Shown: positions 55,285-64,000 of the stretch, one piece after another | Numbering within the stretch: position 1 is the first letter of the stretch | Layout of the letters: each line of letters opens with the position of its first letter | Virus record (IMG/VR): IMGVR_UViG_3300015606_001334 | Coordinates: 128,001-192,000 of that record | Source: a virus | Taxonomy: Duplodnaviria; Caudoviricetes | Reading direction: 5' to 3' (one strand) | Length of the DNA stretch: 64,000 nucleotides | Translations under genes and position numbers: made by a program | Notes under the pieces: model-generated | What the model saw: only the letters and a program-made list of their open reading frames with translations | Told to the model about the DNA's origin: nothing | Databases searched by the model: none

Positions 55285-55866
55285 TTAGCGGAGTTTCATC
55301 GGACCGCTTTCCTTACCGTTCTTGTAGATGTCTTGAACGGCATCGGTAACGATCGGCTTGAACTTGTTCATGTCGACCTTCGGGAAGCCAGCGATACGCA
55401 ACCACATACCGCGCCAGAAGAGACCTTGCTCGGCTTCGTATTGACGCTTGACGTCGATCATCTTGGTCTGGGAGTTCTTGAACTCATCACGATAGGATTC
55501 GATCAGTTGCTGAATCTTGCGATAGAGTTCCTTGTCGATCTGAACATTGTGTTCCTTCAGCCATTGGAAGGTAGCCTTGGAACCATCCTTGCCATAGCGA
55601 CCTTGAACATCAGCAGTGATGATTTCCTTGAAGTCGTCCTTGTACATCGTAGGGACTTGAGCGGCTTCCATCACCTTTTGCTGGCCTTGAGCCAGGATGT
55701 TCTGGTTGTTTTCATATTCAGCATTCAGCTGAGCTTCGATGCGGGCGCCGTAGTTGTTGGCACTGATGTAGGAAGTTGCGGCAACGATCAGAATCGCGAG
55801 GATGAAACCGGCGAAACCGAGACCGATTACGGCACCAGTAGAAATTGCACCTTTTTGCTTATTCAT
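55285..55866 (-). CDS. membrane-anchored protein (LemA-like) with prepilin-like leader
   Basis: MNKQKG-AIS plus TM helix. Confidence 0.7.
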   Translation of the reverse strand: MNKQKGAISTGAVIGLGFAGFILAILIVAATSYISANNYGARIEAQLNAEYENNQNILAQGQQKVMEAAQVPTMYKDDFKEIITADVQGRYGKDGSKATFQWLKEHNVQIDKELYRKIQQLIESYRDEFKNSQTKMIDVKRQYEAEQGLFWRGMWLRIAGFPKVDMNKFKPIVTDAVQDIYKNGKESGPMKLR

Positions 55867-55888
55867 TTGTGTAAAGCTCCTTGAGAAA

Positions 55889-56002
55889 TTAGAGGGAATT
55901 GAAGATCAGTTGCTTCAGAACCGGCCAGGCAACCGAAGCCAGAATGGCGATGATTGCAACGACAATCATCAATTCAATCAGCGTAAAACCTTTTTGCATC
56001 AT
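55889..56002 (-). CDS. 37-aa type IV pilin N-terminal-domain peptide
   Basis: MMQKG-FTLIELMIVVAIIAILASVAWP; GAGG RBS; early promoter at 56033-56061. Confidence 0.85.
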   Translation of the reverse strand: MMQKGFTLIELMIVVAIIAILASVAWPVLKQLIFNSL

Positions 56003-56395
56003 TTATTCCTCTTTAAGAAAGTTGGTATGGTGATTATATCAACTTTCCAAATTTTGTAAACTGATTTAGTGAAAAATACCCTTGATTGCTTCAACTAAAA
56101 TAACCAAAGCTCCAGTTGACACTAAAACGGCGAAACTTACTACGATCACTGCGCCTGACCACTCGATTATTTTACCTGGGCTCATATGCTTCTCCGAAAT
56201 TTAAACCTACTGGAACAACTTCCCAATGTCCATCATCTGGATGGTGTGGATGTTTGTTAAACTTCTTGCACCACGCTTCTGCTTGACCTTTAGAGTAAAG
56301 CTTAGGAGTCGCACCACTTGTTCCGCTGGCACCCTTGTACCAATGAGACTTTGAGGTGCGAATCATGTAAAGAGGTTTGTCAATGTAGCACATAG

Positions 56396-56986
56396 TTAGA
56401 ACGTGAAGATCGCGATCAGACCAGCAATTAGAACAAGACCATAAGCAATCAACCAACCTGCGGCATTGTCATCGCTCATAGCGATTGGCTCAACGCTTTC
56501 AATTGCATAGTTGCCAAAAATGTTCTTGACTTCTTTGCTGTAAGTGATCTTGCTTGGGTAAGCTCGACGGATGGTGTGACGAATGATTGAGATACCAACG
56601 ATCCAAATTAGGATGCCACCGAACACATGAATAAGCTGAGCACCAATCATGTGCCAAACGATCAGCAGCATGGTGAGTTGACCGACAGGAGTCGTTGCGA
56701 AATCATTCACTGCAACGCCGACTTCTTTTGCTGCCCCAGCCAGACCTTGACCGATGTTCGAACCGATCTTGACCCACTTTTCGACCTTGTCTTCGGTCAT
56801 GGTAGGCATGACGTCCTTTTGGCTTGCTTTATCGGCCACCATCTTGATGATTTCAGCCTTTTCGGTTTCCGACAGCTTGTTAAAACCGGCAGAATGTACA
56901 GCATCAGTCGTGTTCCCCGCCCAGGCAGAAATAGAAACCATCATCAGAATTACTGCAAAAAACTTCTTCATTGTATTTTTCTCCAA
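56396..56986 (-). CDS. conserved phage membrane protein
   Basis: Signal peptide, A.EVGVAVNDF..TPVG, TM helices. Confidence 0.75.
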   Translation of the reverse strand: MEKNTMKKFFAVILMMVSISAWAGNTTDAVHSAGFNKLSETEKAEIIKMVADKASQKDVMPTMTEDKVEKWVKIGSNIGQGLAGAAKEVGVAVNDFATTPVGQLTMLLIVWHMIGAQLIHVFGGILIWIVGISIIRHTIRRAYPSKITYSKEVKNIFGNYAIESVEPIAMSDDNAAGWLIAYGLVLIAGLIAIFTF

Positions 56987-57193
56987 GGACCAATGTGATC
57001 ATAACGGTGTACTGGAATGTGTCCTTGCCATTCATCAGTATCCCAAACTTCTTGACGATCTTTCGCGCCTGAGTAAGTAATTCCTACATCAGGTCCCCAA
57101 AGGCAGAGGATTCCACCTACAGGGTCAAGAGGGTAAATGTCTATTTCTTCATTAGAGGGAATATGAAGCCATACTCCCTCCGAATCTGGAATG

Positions 57194-58324
57194 TTAACGG
57201 AATCGATATCGGCGTCCATAAACCCTAGCAGTCTTGTTGAAGTAGATAACGGTGCCGATATTACCTGCAAGAAGAATCACGATAGCCAGAACGATAACCC
57301 AAGTAGGAGGTTCAATTTCGTTGTCGAGGTATTCGAAGTCCTTCATGCTCTTACGCTTGAACTCAGCCAAGGTGGTTGCTCGAATCGTCTCAATAATTTT
57401 CGGACGATCGATGTTTTCCATATCTTGGAGAGAGTCACGAAGCTTAACTTTGAAGAGTTCCTTATCAGTCCAGCTCATCACTCGAACAAAATCGATCTTC
57501 GGATACGAAGTAGTTCCAATGATGACTACGATATCGTTCTTCTTACCACCAAGCCAGGCCGAACGCAAAGCATATTCGTAATTTGGGTCGCTAGTGTTGA
57601 CAAACAGAACGATGACGTTTGCTTGCTTTTGAGGACCGAGCTGCTTGAGCATGTTCGAAATATCGTTCGACCAATCTTGAAGATCGGGAACAGGAACCCC
57701 GACGGTCAAAGCACGATTCAGGCGATAGTAATCATAAACTGCATGTGGATATGCGGGAATCATGTTCGCAAACTTAGCAGCAGTCATGTTTTGAGCGGTG
57801 TTTAGAACGCTTTCAGGAACACCTTTGATGTAGTTCGTATGAAGATGCTCTTTCGAGAACGGCTCGCCCTTTTGAACTGCGGCCCAACGAGGAGGAGTGT
57901 GAACGCCTTGACGGTCGACGCGATCAATATCAACATCGCCAATATTCGAATGAACTACCCAGTCGTAATCATGATTATGCTCATAACAAGTATCACATGA
58001 AGTAGACGTTGAGCATGAACGATTTGATCCAGAACCTGAGCAAGACGTGGTAGTCTTACAGTTGCAGGAATAAGAATGAGAGCACGAAACTTGCTGTTGT
58101 TCTTTTCCGGTTACTTCACCATTCCAAACTTCAACATCGAGAGTTTTGCCAGCTTTTCCAGCATAGAAAGCTCCACATGAAACCAGGAGTCCAACAGCCA
58201 CCAATACGCCTACTGCACGAATGTCCAAATCCTTGGCGATAAATGCTTTCACACTTATCGGAAGGATGATCGCTGCTAAAATCAAAAGTACAAGAGTGAT
58301 GTTCATCAAAAGCTCCTTAATCAA
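57194..58324 (-). CDS. membrane protein with Cys-rich periplasmic domain
   Basis: CSHSYSCNC...CDTCYEH; W.GGKKND. Confidence 0.8.
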   Translation of the reverse strand: MIKELLMNITLVLLILAAIILPISVKAFIAKDLDIRAVGVLVAVGLLVSCGAFYAGKAGKTLDVEVWNGEVTGKEQQQVSCSHSYSCNCKTTTSCSGSGSNRSCSTSTSCDTCYEHNHDYDWVVHSNIGDVDIDRVDRQGVHTPPRWAAVQKGEPFSKEHLHTNYIKGVPESVLNTAQNMTAAKFANMIPAYPHAVYDYYRLNRALTVGVPVPDLQDWSNDISNMLKQLGPQKQANVIVLFVNTSDPNYEYALRSAWLGGKKNDIVVIIGTTSYPKIDFVRVMSWTDKELFKVKLRDSLQDMENIDRPKIIETIRATTLAEFKRKSMKDFEYLDNEIEPPTWVIVLAIVILLAGNIGTVIYFNKTARVYGRRYRFR

Positions 58325-58348
58325 CTAAGTGGTATTATATCACATTTC

Positions 58349-58957
58349 TCAGAATTTGATACCGCTAAGTTCAATTAATTCACCTCTTGATCCTATTCGA
58401 GCGGACACTGCAAAAATTTCTTTTACCGTCCGTTCAAGTTTTTGCAGCTCAGAGACGATAGACTCAACTGCTGAAGGATCATTAATGAGCGTATCAATTG
58501 AGTTCTTGTAGTTTTGCGACTCGAATTGGATAATGGACTTGTTCTTTTGCTTACCTTCAATATCGATCAAATGCGCGATGATACTGATTTTTGGAGGAAG
58601 AAATCCAGGACCATAAGGCTTGTCCGCTTTTTCTTTAGGTGGGGTAACTTGAAGATTTTTCGCTTCAGTTAGTTGTTGTTCACTGATTGATTTGACGAGG
58701 TTTGCGTAGAAGTTAATCGGAAGAACCGTGATTAGAGTTCCGAACACCACATCGCGAATGACAACGAAATGTTCCTTTTTATCGATATCGTAAAATAGGC
58801 AATGCTCTCGATTTAGAGCCGATTCTTTACCAACTACTACGTATCGCTTCTTTTCAAGGATCTTAGAAAGAGCGGCTGTGCTTAGCAATGTCCTCTCTTT
58901 AAGGCGTTGCTTTGCGTGATCTGAGAAATATTCGAAACTTTGGAAGCTCATGATCAA
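58349..58957 (-). CDS. hypothetical protein (HA..R..ER motif)
   Basis: SDHAKQRLKER...LITV, RelE/Barnase-like pattern. Confidence 0.6.
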   Translation of the reverse strand: MIMSFQSFEYFSDHAKQRLKERTLLSTAALSKILEKKRYVVVGKESALNREHCLFYDIDKKEHFVVIRDVVFGTLITVLPINFYANLVKSISEQQLTEAKNLQVTPPKEKADKPYGPGFLPPKISIIAHLIDIEGKQKNKSIIQFESQNYKNSIDTLINDPSAVESIVSELQKLERTVKEIFAVSARIGSRGELIELSGIKF

Positions 58958-59496
58958 TAGGAAATATTTACGAAGCTTTCGTCAGCCCAGTTGAGAATGA
59001 ATTGCTCAATGAAGTTTTCCACACATTCAGGGCCATCGCACATTTGGGTCATTGACTTTACCGTCGCTTTATCCCACACCATTTGATTTTCGTCAAATGT
59101 TTGGAAGAAGATAGGCTTCATGCAATTGCGCTGGTAACCTTCACACTTTGCGTTTATGTGAGGATCATTTTGAACCATGGTTTCGCACTGATCTACATGG
59201 ATCGCAAACTTATTGGGATCATCCCAAGGATTCTCATGACCACTTGAACAAAAGTGGAAGACCCCTTCGGATGTTTCCATGAATTGGTCATACTTTTCAT
59301 GAAACTCGTCAAATGACATCTGCATTAGCTTCTGAAAGGTTGCTGGCCAATCGATGTACTCGACCTCTCGATAGAAGATAAAGTCCTTGAATTTCTCTTT
59401 GAACTCTTCAGGAGCATCAACGAGATTAAATTCATGGATACTGGGACCAGTCTTGCCTTCCCGTATTACCTTGAAATGAGAAAGATCGAGTCCCAT
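58954..59496 (-). CDS. hypothetical protein (MGLD type)
   Basis: ORF. Confidence 0.7.
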   Translation of the reverse strand: MGLDLSHFKVIREGKTGPSIHEFNLVDAPEEFKEKFKDFIFYREVEYIDWPATFQKLMQMSFDEFHEKYDQFMETSEGVFHFCSSGHENPWDDPNKFAIHVDQCETMVQNDPHINAKCEGYQRNCMKPIFFQTFDENQMVWDKATVKSMTQMCDGPECVENFIEQFILNWADESFVNISY

Positions 59497-59497
59497 T

Positions 59498-59905
59498 TTA
59501 AGTCTCCAGTTTGCCGCCTACAGCTTCAAGGAACTTAGGCAGCTCCTTAATGAAATTGCTGAAAGCCTCATCTCCATCTGCGTATGTCGGCCAATCAGGG
59601 CAACCGATTTTGCGAAGAAGCTGCAAGACCAGGATTTCGCGTTGGCACGTATCGCTGATACCATTGGTCGCATTTTCGGCGGCCAGGTCCAAATCGTTCT
59701 GGAAAAGCTCGATCAGCAATTGATCCGGTACGGTGATGCTGTAGTAGTCAGACAAAACGTCCTTTGCCGGCTTGAGGTCCTCACTAGTCCAGCAAGAAAC
59801 CAAAGTTTTGAGAACCAGTTGCTCAGCCATTGAAAGGTTGTTGGCAGTCAATTCCCATCCAGAGGCCTTTTGGGCCGCAAAGTATTCTTCGAAATTCGTG
59901 ATCAT
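59498..59905 (-). CDS. hypothetical protein
   Basis: ORF. Confidence 0.7.
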   Translation of the reverse strand: MITNFEEYFAAQKASGWELTANNLSMAEQLVLKTLVSCWTSEDLKPAKDVLSDYYSITVPDQLLIELFQNDLDLAAENATNGISDTCQREILVLQLLRKIGCPDWPTYADGDEAFSNFIKELPKFLEAVGGKLET

Positions 59906-60171
59906 CGTTGCACCGTAAACCGACGAACCGTTATGACCAAGAGGTCGAGCAGTTCCATGTCGGAGAATTTTTGTTCGTTGAAGAGAATGGCGTGAGGAAG
60001 GCTCAATTCTTGAATGGCCTTCTTGCCAGCCTTGGTCTTTGGGTCAGGTCCGATTTTGTTCAAGACAAATTCATACACCGGCATCCAACGACCTTTGTCA
60101 TTTCCGGGATCGCCATAAGTCGTGAGGACTTCGCGAATTTTCTCGACGGTTTGAGCTCGCATGTTCATCAA
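59902..60171 (-). CDS. hypothetical protein
   Basis: AAGGAG RBS, early promoter. Confidence 0.7.
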   Translation of the reverse strand: MMNMRAQTVEKIREVLTTYGDPGNDKGRWMPVYEFVLNKIGPDPKTKAGKKAIQELSLPHAILFNEQKFSDMELLDLLVITVRRFTVQR

Positions 60172-60539
60172 TTACTCCTTGGCATCATATGAGTCTATTC
60201 TAAACCAAAATTTGGCTAAAGTAAACGTTTAAATCGTGATTGAATCTTTCCATGAGATGGTAAAGTACCAACCATCAGAAAGTTGTTGGAATCGGCAATC
60301 ATATCGCAGCCGCAGCATGTCATTGCGGAATACTCTGAACGCCATTGGATGATTGCCGATCAGGTTGATGTCTTCTGCCCTGAAAGGACCGAACATCTCC
60401 GAAAGCTGAGACATGCTGAGATTAATCTCAGTTTTTCGATTATCGGCCGCTTGAGCAATCATGTCGGTGATATCGATTTTCTTTACTTGCTCACGAATTG
60501 CATTCAACGTACGTTGACCGGCATCAGCTGCTGACATCA

Positions 60540-61574
60540 TCATTGTTCCTTCTGAAAAGCTTCGAAAAGAGGAGTAACGAACTTCTTCATTCCTTCTTGG
60601 CCTGCGGCCAGCACCATGGAATCCCATGCTTCCTTACCCATGACCAGCATTTGGGTTTCACGAAGATGCTTCATGAAGTTTCCAAGCTCTTGGTTTTCAA
60701 GGCCAGTCCATTCACGAACCAGATTTCCGTTAAAGGTAGCCTTCACTTGCTTCCAAGTCTCAAAGTCTGCCATTGTCTTGTCATAGACCGGACCAAATTC
60801 AGCAAAGAATTCGCGAGCTCGTTTGACAAACTCTTCCTTGTACTTAGGACCGCCTTGTTCCTTCATGCTCGCCCACGGGTAGGCAGGAAGTCCTTCAGCA
60901 GTCTCTATCCATTGAAGGAAAGAGTTGTAGGACTTGCGCTTACGATCGCGAGTACGAGAGGTGTGGTTGCGATTCTCCAAGGAGTAGATTTCTTTGTTGA
61001 AGAACGGAGTCGACGCGGCAAACTCAAACATCTCTTGAAGGGTATCGAACCCCTTGAGCAGACGTTCGTAGTCGTAACCAAGGAACTTGGTCATTTGCTT
61101 GACGTCACGAGTTACCACAACTTCGGCAAACTGATAGTCACCATCACGGAAAACCATCTTGAGTCCGTCATGACCGTACTTGAAGCCCATTTTGTGAGCA
61201 ACTCGGCCCATGAGGTTACCAAGGTCGTTCCATGCAAAGTAGTTCACTGAAGTTTCGTACTCTTCGGTTGGAGTGAAGATCAAATCCACTTGGAAACCTT
61301 CGCATTCGAATGACGTAACATCGCCATTCTTGAAGACTTGTTTGGAGTCAAAGACGTTCTTCACGTACTCAGCCATATTCTGCTTAAGGCCAGTCGATTC
61401 AAACAGGACATCCATGTCACCGAAAGAATCCTTCTCGCGATAAGCACGAACTGCTTCAACACGATGACCAGGGAAATCCTTGCGGAGCTGCCCAACAACC
61501 TTTGCTTCCAAAGCAAAGTACTCGTCTTTCATCAGTCGGCGAGTTTCGACTTCTTTAAGAGCATTACCGCCCAT
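60540..61574 (-). CDS. PolX/Pol-beta-like nucleotidyltransferase
   Basis: MGGNAL, K.SFGDMDVL, FQVDLI, DLGNL.G. Confidence 0.75.
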   Translation of the reverse strand: MGGNALKEVETRRLMKDEYFALEAKVVGQLRKDFPGHRVEAVRAYREKDSFGDMDVLFESTGLKQNMAEYVKNVFDSKQVFKNGDVTSFECEGFQVDLIFTPTEEYETSVNYFAWNDLGNLMGRVAHKMGFKYGHDGLKMVFRDGDYQFAEVVVTRDVKQMTKFLGYDYERLLKGFDTLQEMFEFAASTPFFNKEIYSLENRNHTSRTRDRKRKSYNSFLQWIETAEGLPAYPWASMKEQGGPKYKEEFVKRAREFFAEFGPVYDKTMADFETWKQVKATFNGNLVREWTGLENQELGNFMKHLRETQMLVMGKEAWDSMVLAAGQEGMKKFVTPLFEAFQKEQ

Positions 61575-61801
61575 GTTAATCTCCCATCTCGCAGAGGTCT
61601 GCGTAATTGGTGTAACCATCGATCACGATACCCGAAAGAGTTTGAAGCATGTCACATGCATGATAGACAGACCATGCTTCAAATTCAAACACTCGGGAAA
61701 TTTGCTTTTTGGTATGCTTTTCAGCAACACATCCAAGAAACTTAATCATCATGATCTCCAAAATTTAGAGATATTCTAAACCAAAATTTTCAGTTTGTAA
61801 A

Positions 61802-62389
61802 CTACTTTAGTGCGCTTACTGCGGAACTGAGGATTGAAAGCGTTTTCTGCAGGAGTTCCTTCTGCTCAGCGGTACAGTAAGCGTTGTCAGAACGAACCAG
61901 CTTCGGAAGATCTGCGATCAGTTCAGCGTATTCTTCTTTCGATAGTTTTCCATCAGCTATCGACTTGTTGTAGACATCGAAACGCTGAAGAGCATCAGAT
62001 TCACAGAGCTCGATGTGCATTGAGCTTAGTGTTTTAGCTAGAGCACGAGACGTTGACTGAACTTCAGAGAGCTTATGGATGCAGTACGTTTCAGAGTACT
62101 TGCTTTCATTCTTCATGAAGTCCATAACTAATTGGCGAAGATTGGTGACGCCAACCAAAACTTGTTCGTTTTCAGCATGATGCTTCTCATACTCAAACAA
62201 GTACATCGTTTGAGTGTTCAGCTCTTTGATGTACTCTTGGTACGTTGGAGTTTTGTTTCCACATTGGTGGATTGCCCTTGTTGCCAACACTGAAGAGCTG
62301 ATGGCAAAATTGTATTCGACTGGGTCAAATGGCCGAGTGGCGCAGGCGCTAAGCAGTAGGACTGCGACAATAGCAAATAGCTTTTTCAT
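61802..62389 (-). CDS. lipoprotein
   Basis: Lipobox LSA-C. Confidence 0.75.
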   Translation of the reverse strand: MKKLFAIVAVLLLSACATRPFDPVEYNFAISSSVLATRAIHQCGNKTPTYQEYIKELNTQTMYLFEYEKHHAENEQVLVGVTNLRQLVMDFMKNESKYSETYCIHKLSEVQSTSRALAKTLSSMHIELCESDALQRFDVYNKSIADGKLSKEEYAELIADLPKLVRSDNAYCTAEQKELLQKTLSILSSAVSALK

Positions 62390-62784
62390 TTCTTTATCCT
62401 GTAAAAAATCACGGCATTGTAGCTTCCATTACCAGTCGGTGCAATGCCAATGTACTCAACAATCCCTTTACCAAATTCATTGTCAAGGTATTCTTGTGCA
62501 GTAACAGACTTGACAATTTGTGAGAATTTGTAATGACCGTCCCATGCTGATCCTTTTCCGTAAGGACCACAACCATATCCTTTTGGACCGTCATCAATCT
62601 CGTTGACATGATAACCTTCAGGGCAGAACTTAAAGACGGGTCCCTTGTTAGATTTGTCAATGTTTGCGTAAACAAAGCCATCATTGCCAGTTGAAGGGTA
62701 AATCGCAGGAACTGGAGGTGCAGGAGCTGCGAAAGCTCCGACCGCCCAAAGAGCCATCATTGTTGAGGACATAATGCGTGTCAT
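62386..62784 (-). CDS. exported hypothetical protein
   Basis: Signal peptide AFA-A. Confidence 0.65.
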   Translation of the reverse strand: MTRIMSSTMMALWAVGAFAAPAPPVPAIYPSTGNDGFVYANIDKSNKGPVFKFCPEGYHVNEIDDGPKGYGCGPYGKGSAWDGHYKFSQIVKSVTAQEYLDNEFGKGIVEYIGIAPTGNGSYNAVIFYRIKK

Positions 62785-63143
62785 TTCTTGTCCAATTCAT
62801 AGGCCAAAGCAGAAAGACGACGGAGTTCATCAACGAATTCCGGTTCACGCTTGCCAATTTGCATCTTGAAACCTGGTGAATGTTCTTTGATGAAGGCAAT
62901 GAAATCTTCATACGGAGCGATGTCAAATTCGAAGGCACCGTTATCGGCTGCTTCTTCAAAAAGTTGACCAATCTCGTCGAAGGTTGCCTTGTACTTGTGA
63001 GCCATTGTTTTCTCCTTGGTTGATACTAAAATTATATCATGAACTTCAGAAAAAGAAAACAAAAAAGGGAAGAAAATTCTTCCCTTTTTAGATTCCCACT
63101 CTTTTTATTATTGTTATCGTGGCTTGGGCGCCATGGGCAACGC

Positions 63144-63425
63144 TTATTTTGCTACGGTTTTTGCAGCGCGCTTACGAGGACGGAACGGCTCGGAAATAGA
63201 AACCACACCAGCTTTCGGATCGACCTTGAGCTCGACCAGAGTTTCAGCAGGGCGGAGAGGAATTTCAAAGCGGTTGCTAAACCACTTGGCCAGGAGCGGA
63301 TCAGATACATGAGACGGCTTGTTTTCAGCAGCATTAAAGCCAGCAAAAAATTGACCATCAGCCCCGCGGACAGCGTATAGCGAATGCGTGAACTTCTCTT
63401 CTTTGGTTTGGATTTCTTGGTTCAT
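63144..63425 (-). CDS. hypothetical protein
   Basis: ORF. Confidence 0.65.
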   Translation of the reverse strand: MNQEIQTKEEKFTHSLYAVRGADGQFFAGFNAAENKPSHVSDPLLAKWFSNRFEIPLRPAETLVELKVDPKAGVVSISEPFRPRKRAAKTVAK

Positions 63426-63457
63426 CTTTGGTTTCCCTATTAGTAAGTTACATCAAA

Positions 63458-63910
63458 TCAAGCAAATGTCATTTCCCTCAATTTGAGGAATAAAAGAATG
63501 GCAAATGCCCGTGCTTTAGCTTCTGATTCCATCTCTGGAGACGAAAACATACAGCTAGTTTCATTGAACCCAGAAATCCATCCTGACAAATTTGCATCCG
63601 TGCAGGTCGGGGAAAAGATAACTGGATTCACATTCAACATCCTCTCAATTTTCGAAAGAATGTTTAAATCTTCTAAAGCGTTATCAAGTGAGACTTCTCT
63701 ACGATTAAAATCGTGAACTACTTCGTCTGGAAGAGCATTCTTGAAGTATTTGAGGAAATCTCGATCGGTCTTCCCAATAACTTCCTTGATAACCGCTTGG
63801 GCTACATTGACAAATCGGAGCTTCGAGTTGATGTTACTACCATCAACTGTGGAATCGTTTTCTCTAAGCGCTTTCATCAATGTTATGTCTATAATTTTTC
63901 GATCTGGCAT
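63458..63910 (-). CDS. hypothetical protein
   Basis: ORF. Confidence 0.65.
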   Translation of the reverse strand: MPDRKIIDITLMKALRENDSTVDGSNINSKLRFVNVAQAVIKEVIGKTDRDFLKYFKNALPDEVVHDFNRREVSLDNALEDLNILSKIERMLNVNPVIFSPTCTDANLSGWISGFNETSCMFSSPEMESEAKARAFAILLFLKLREMTFA

Positions 63911-64000
63911 ATTCTTTAAAGTGTGAATGTCTAAAAAGAATATTTATTTTGCGTTTGCTATAAATGAATTATATCACAGTTTGTTAATTTGTTAACATTC

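Overview
A 64-kb segment of a large lytic (jumbo/T4-like) bacteriophage genome, almost all transcribed from the minus strand. The host is probably proteobacterial, judging from the CheY, the type IV pilin leader and the tmRNA tag. Positions 1-21.2 kb hold a very large tRNA/ncRNA cluster. It contains about 27 recognisable tRNAs, about 9 interrupted or chimeric tRNA-like genes, five homing endonucleases and several orphan structured RNAs. The most striking feature is 14 copies of a Y-RNA-like (Ro60/Rsr-binding-type) module. Ten are free-standing RNAs, some with YrlA-like permuted tRNA elbows. Four are circularly permuted hairpins grafted into the anticodon arm of tRNA bodies. Positions 21-64 kb hold accessory genes: a two-piece tmRNA, CheY, TilS, NAD salvage (NAMPT, NadM-Nudix), CoaD/CoaE, a PurA-like and vWA pair, a MoxR AAA/vWA/LRR late operon, nucleotidyltransferases, a 37-aa type IV pilin mimic and a probable -1 frameshift into a HIRAN domain. 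All calls come from manual reading of the sequence; no database searches were run.
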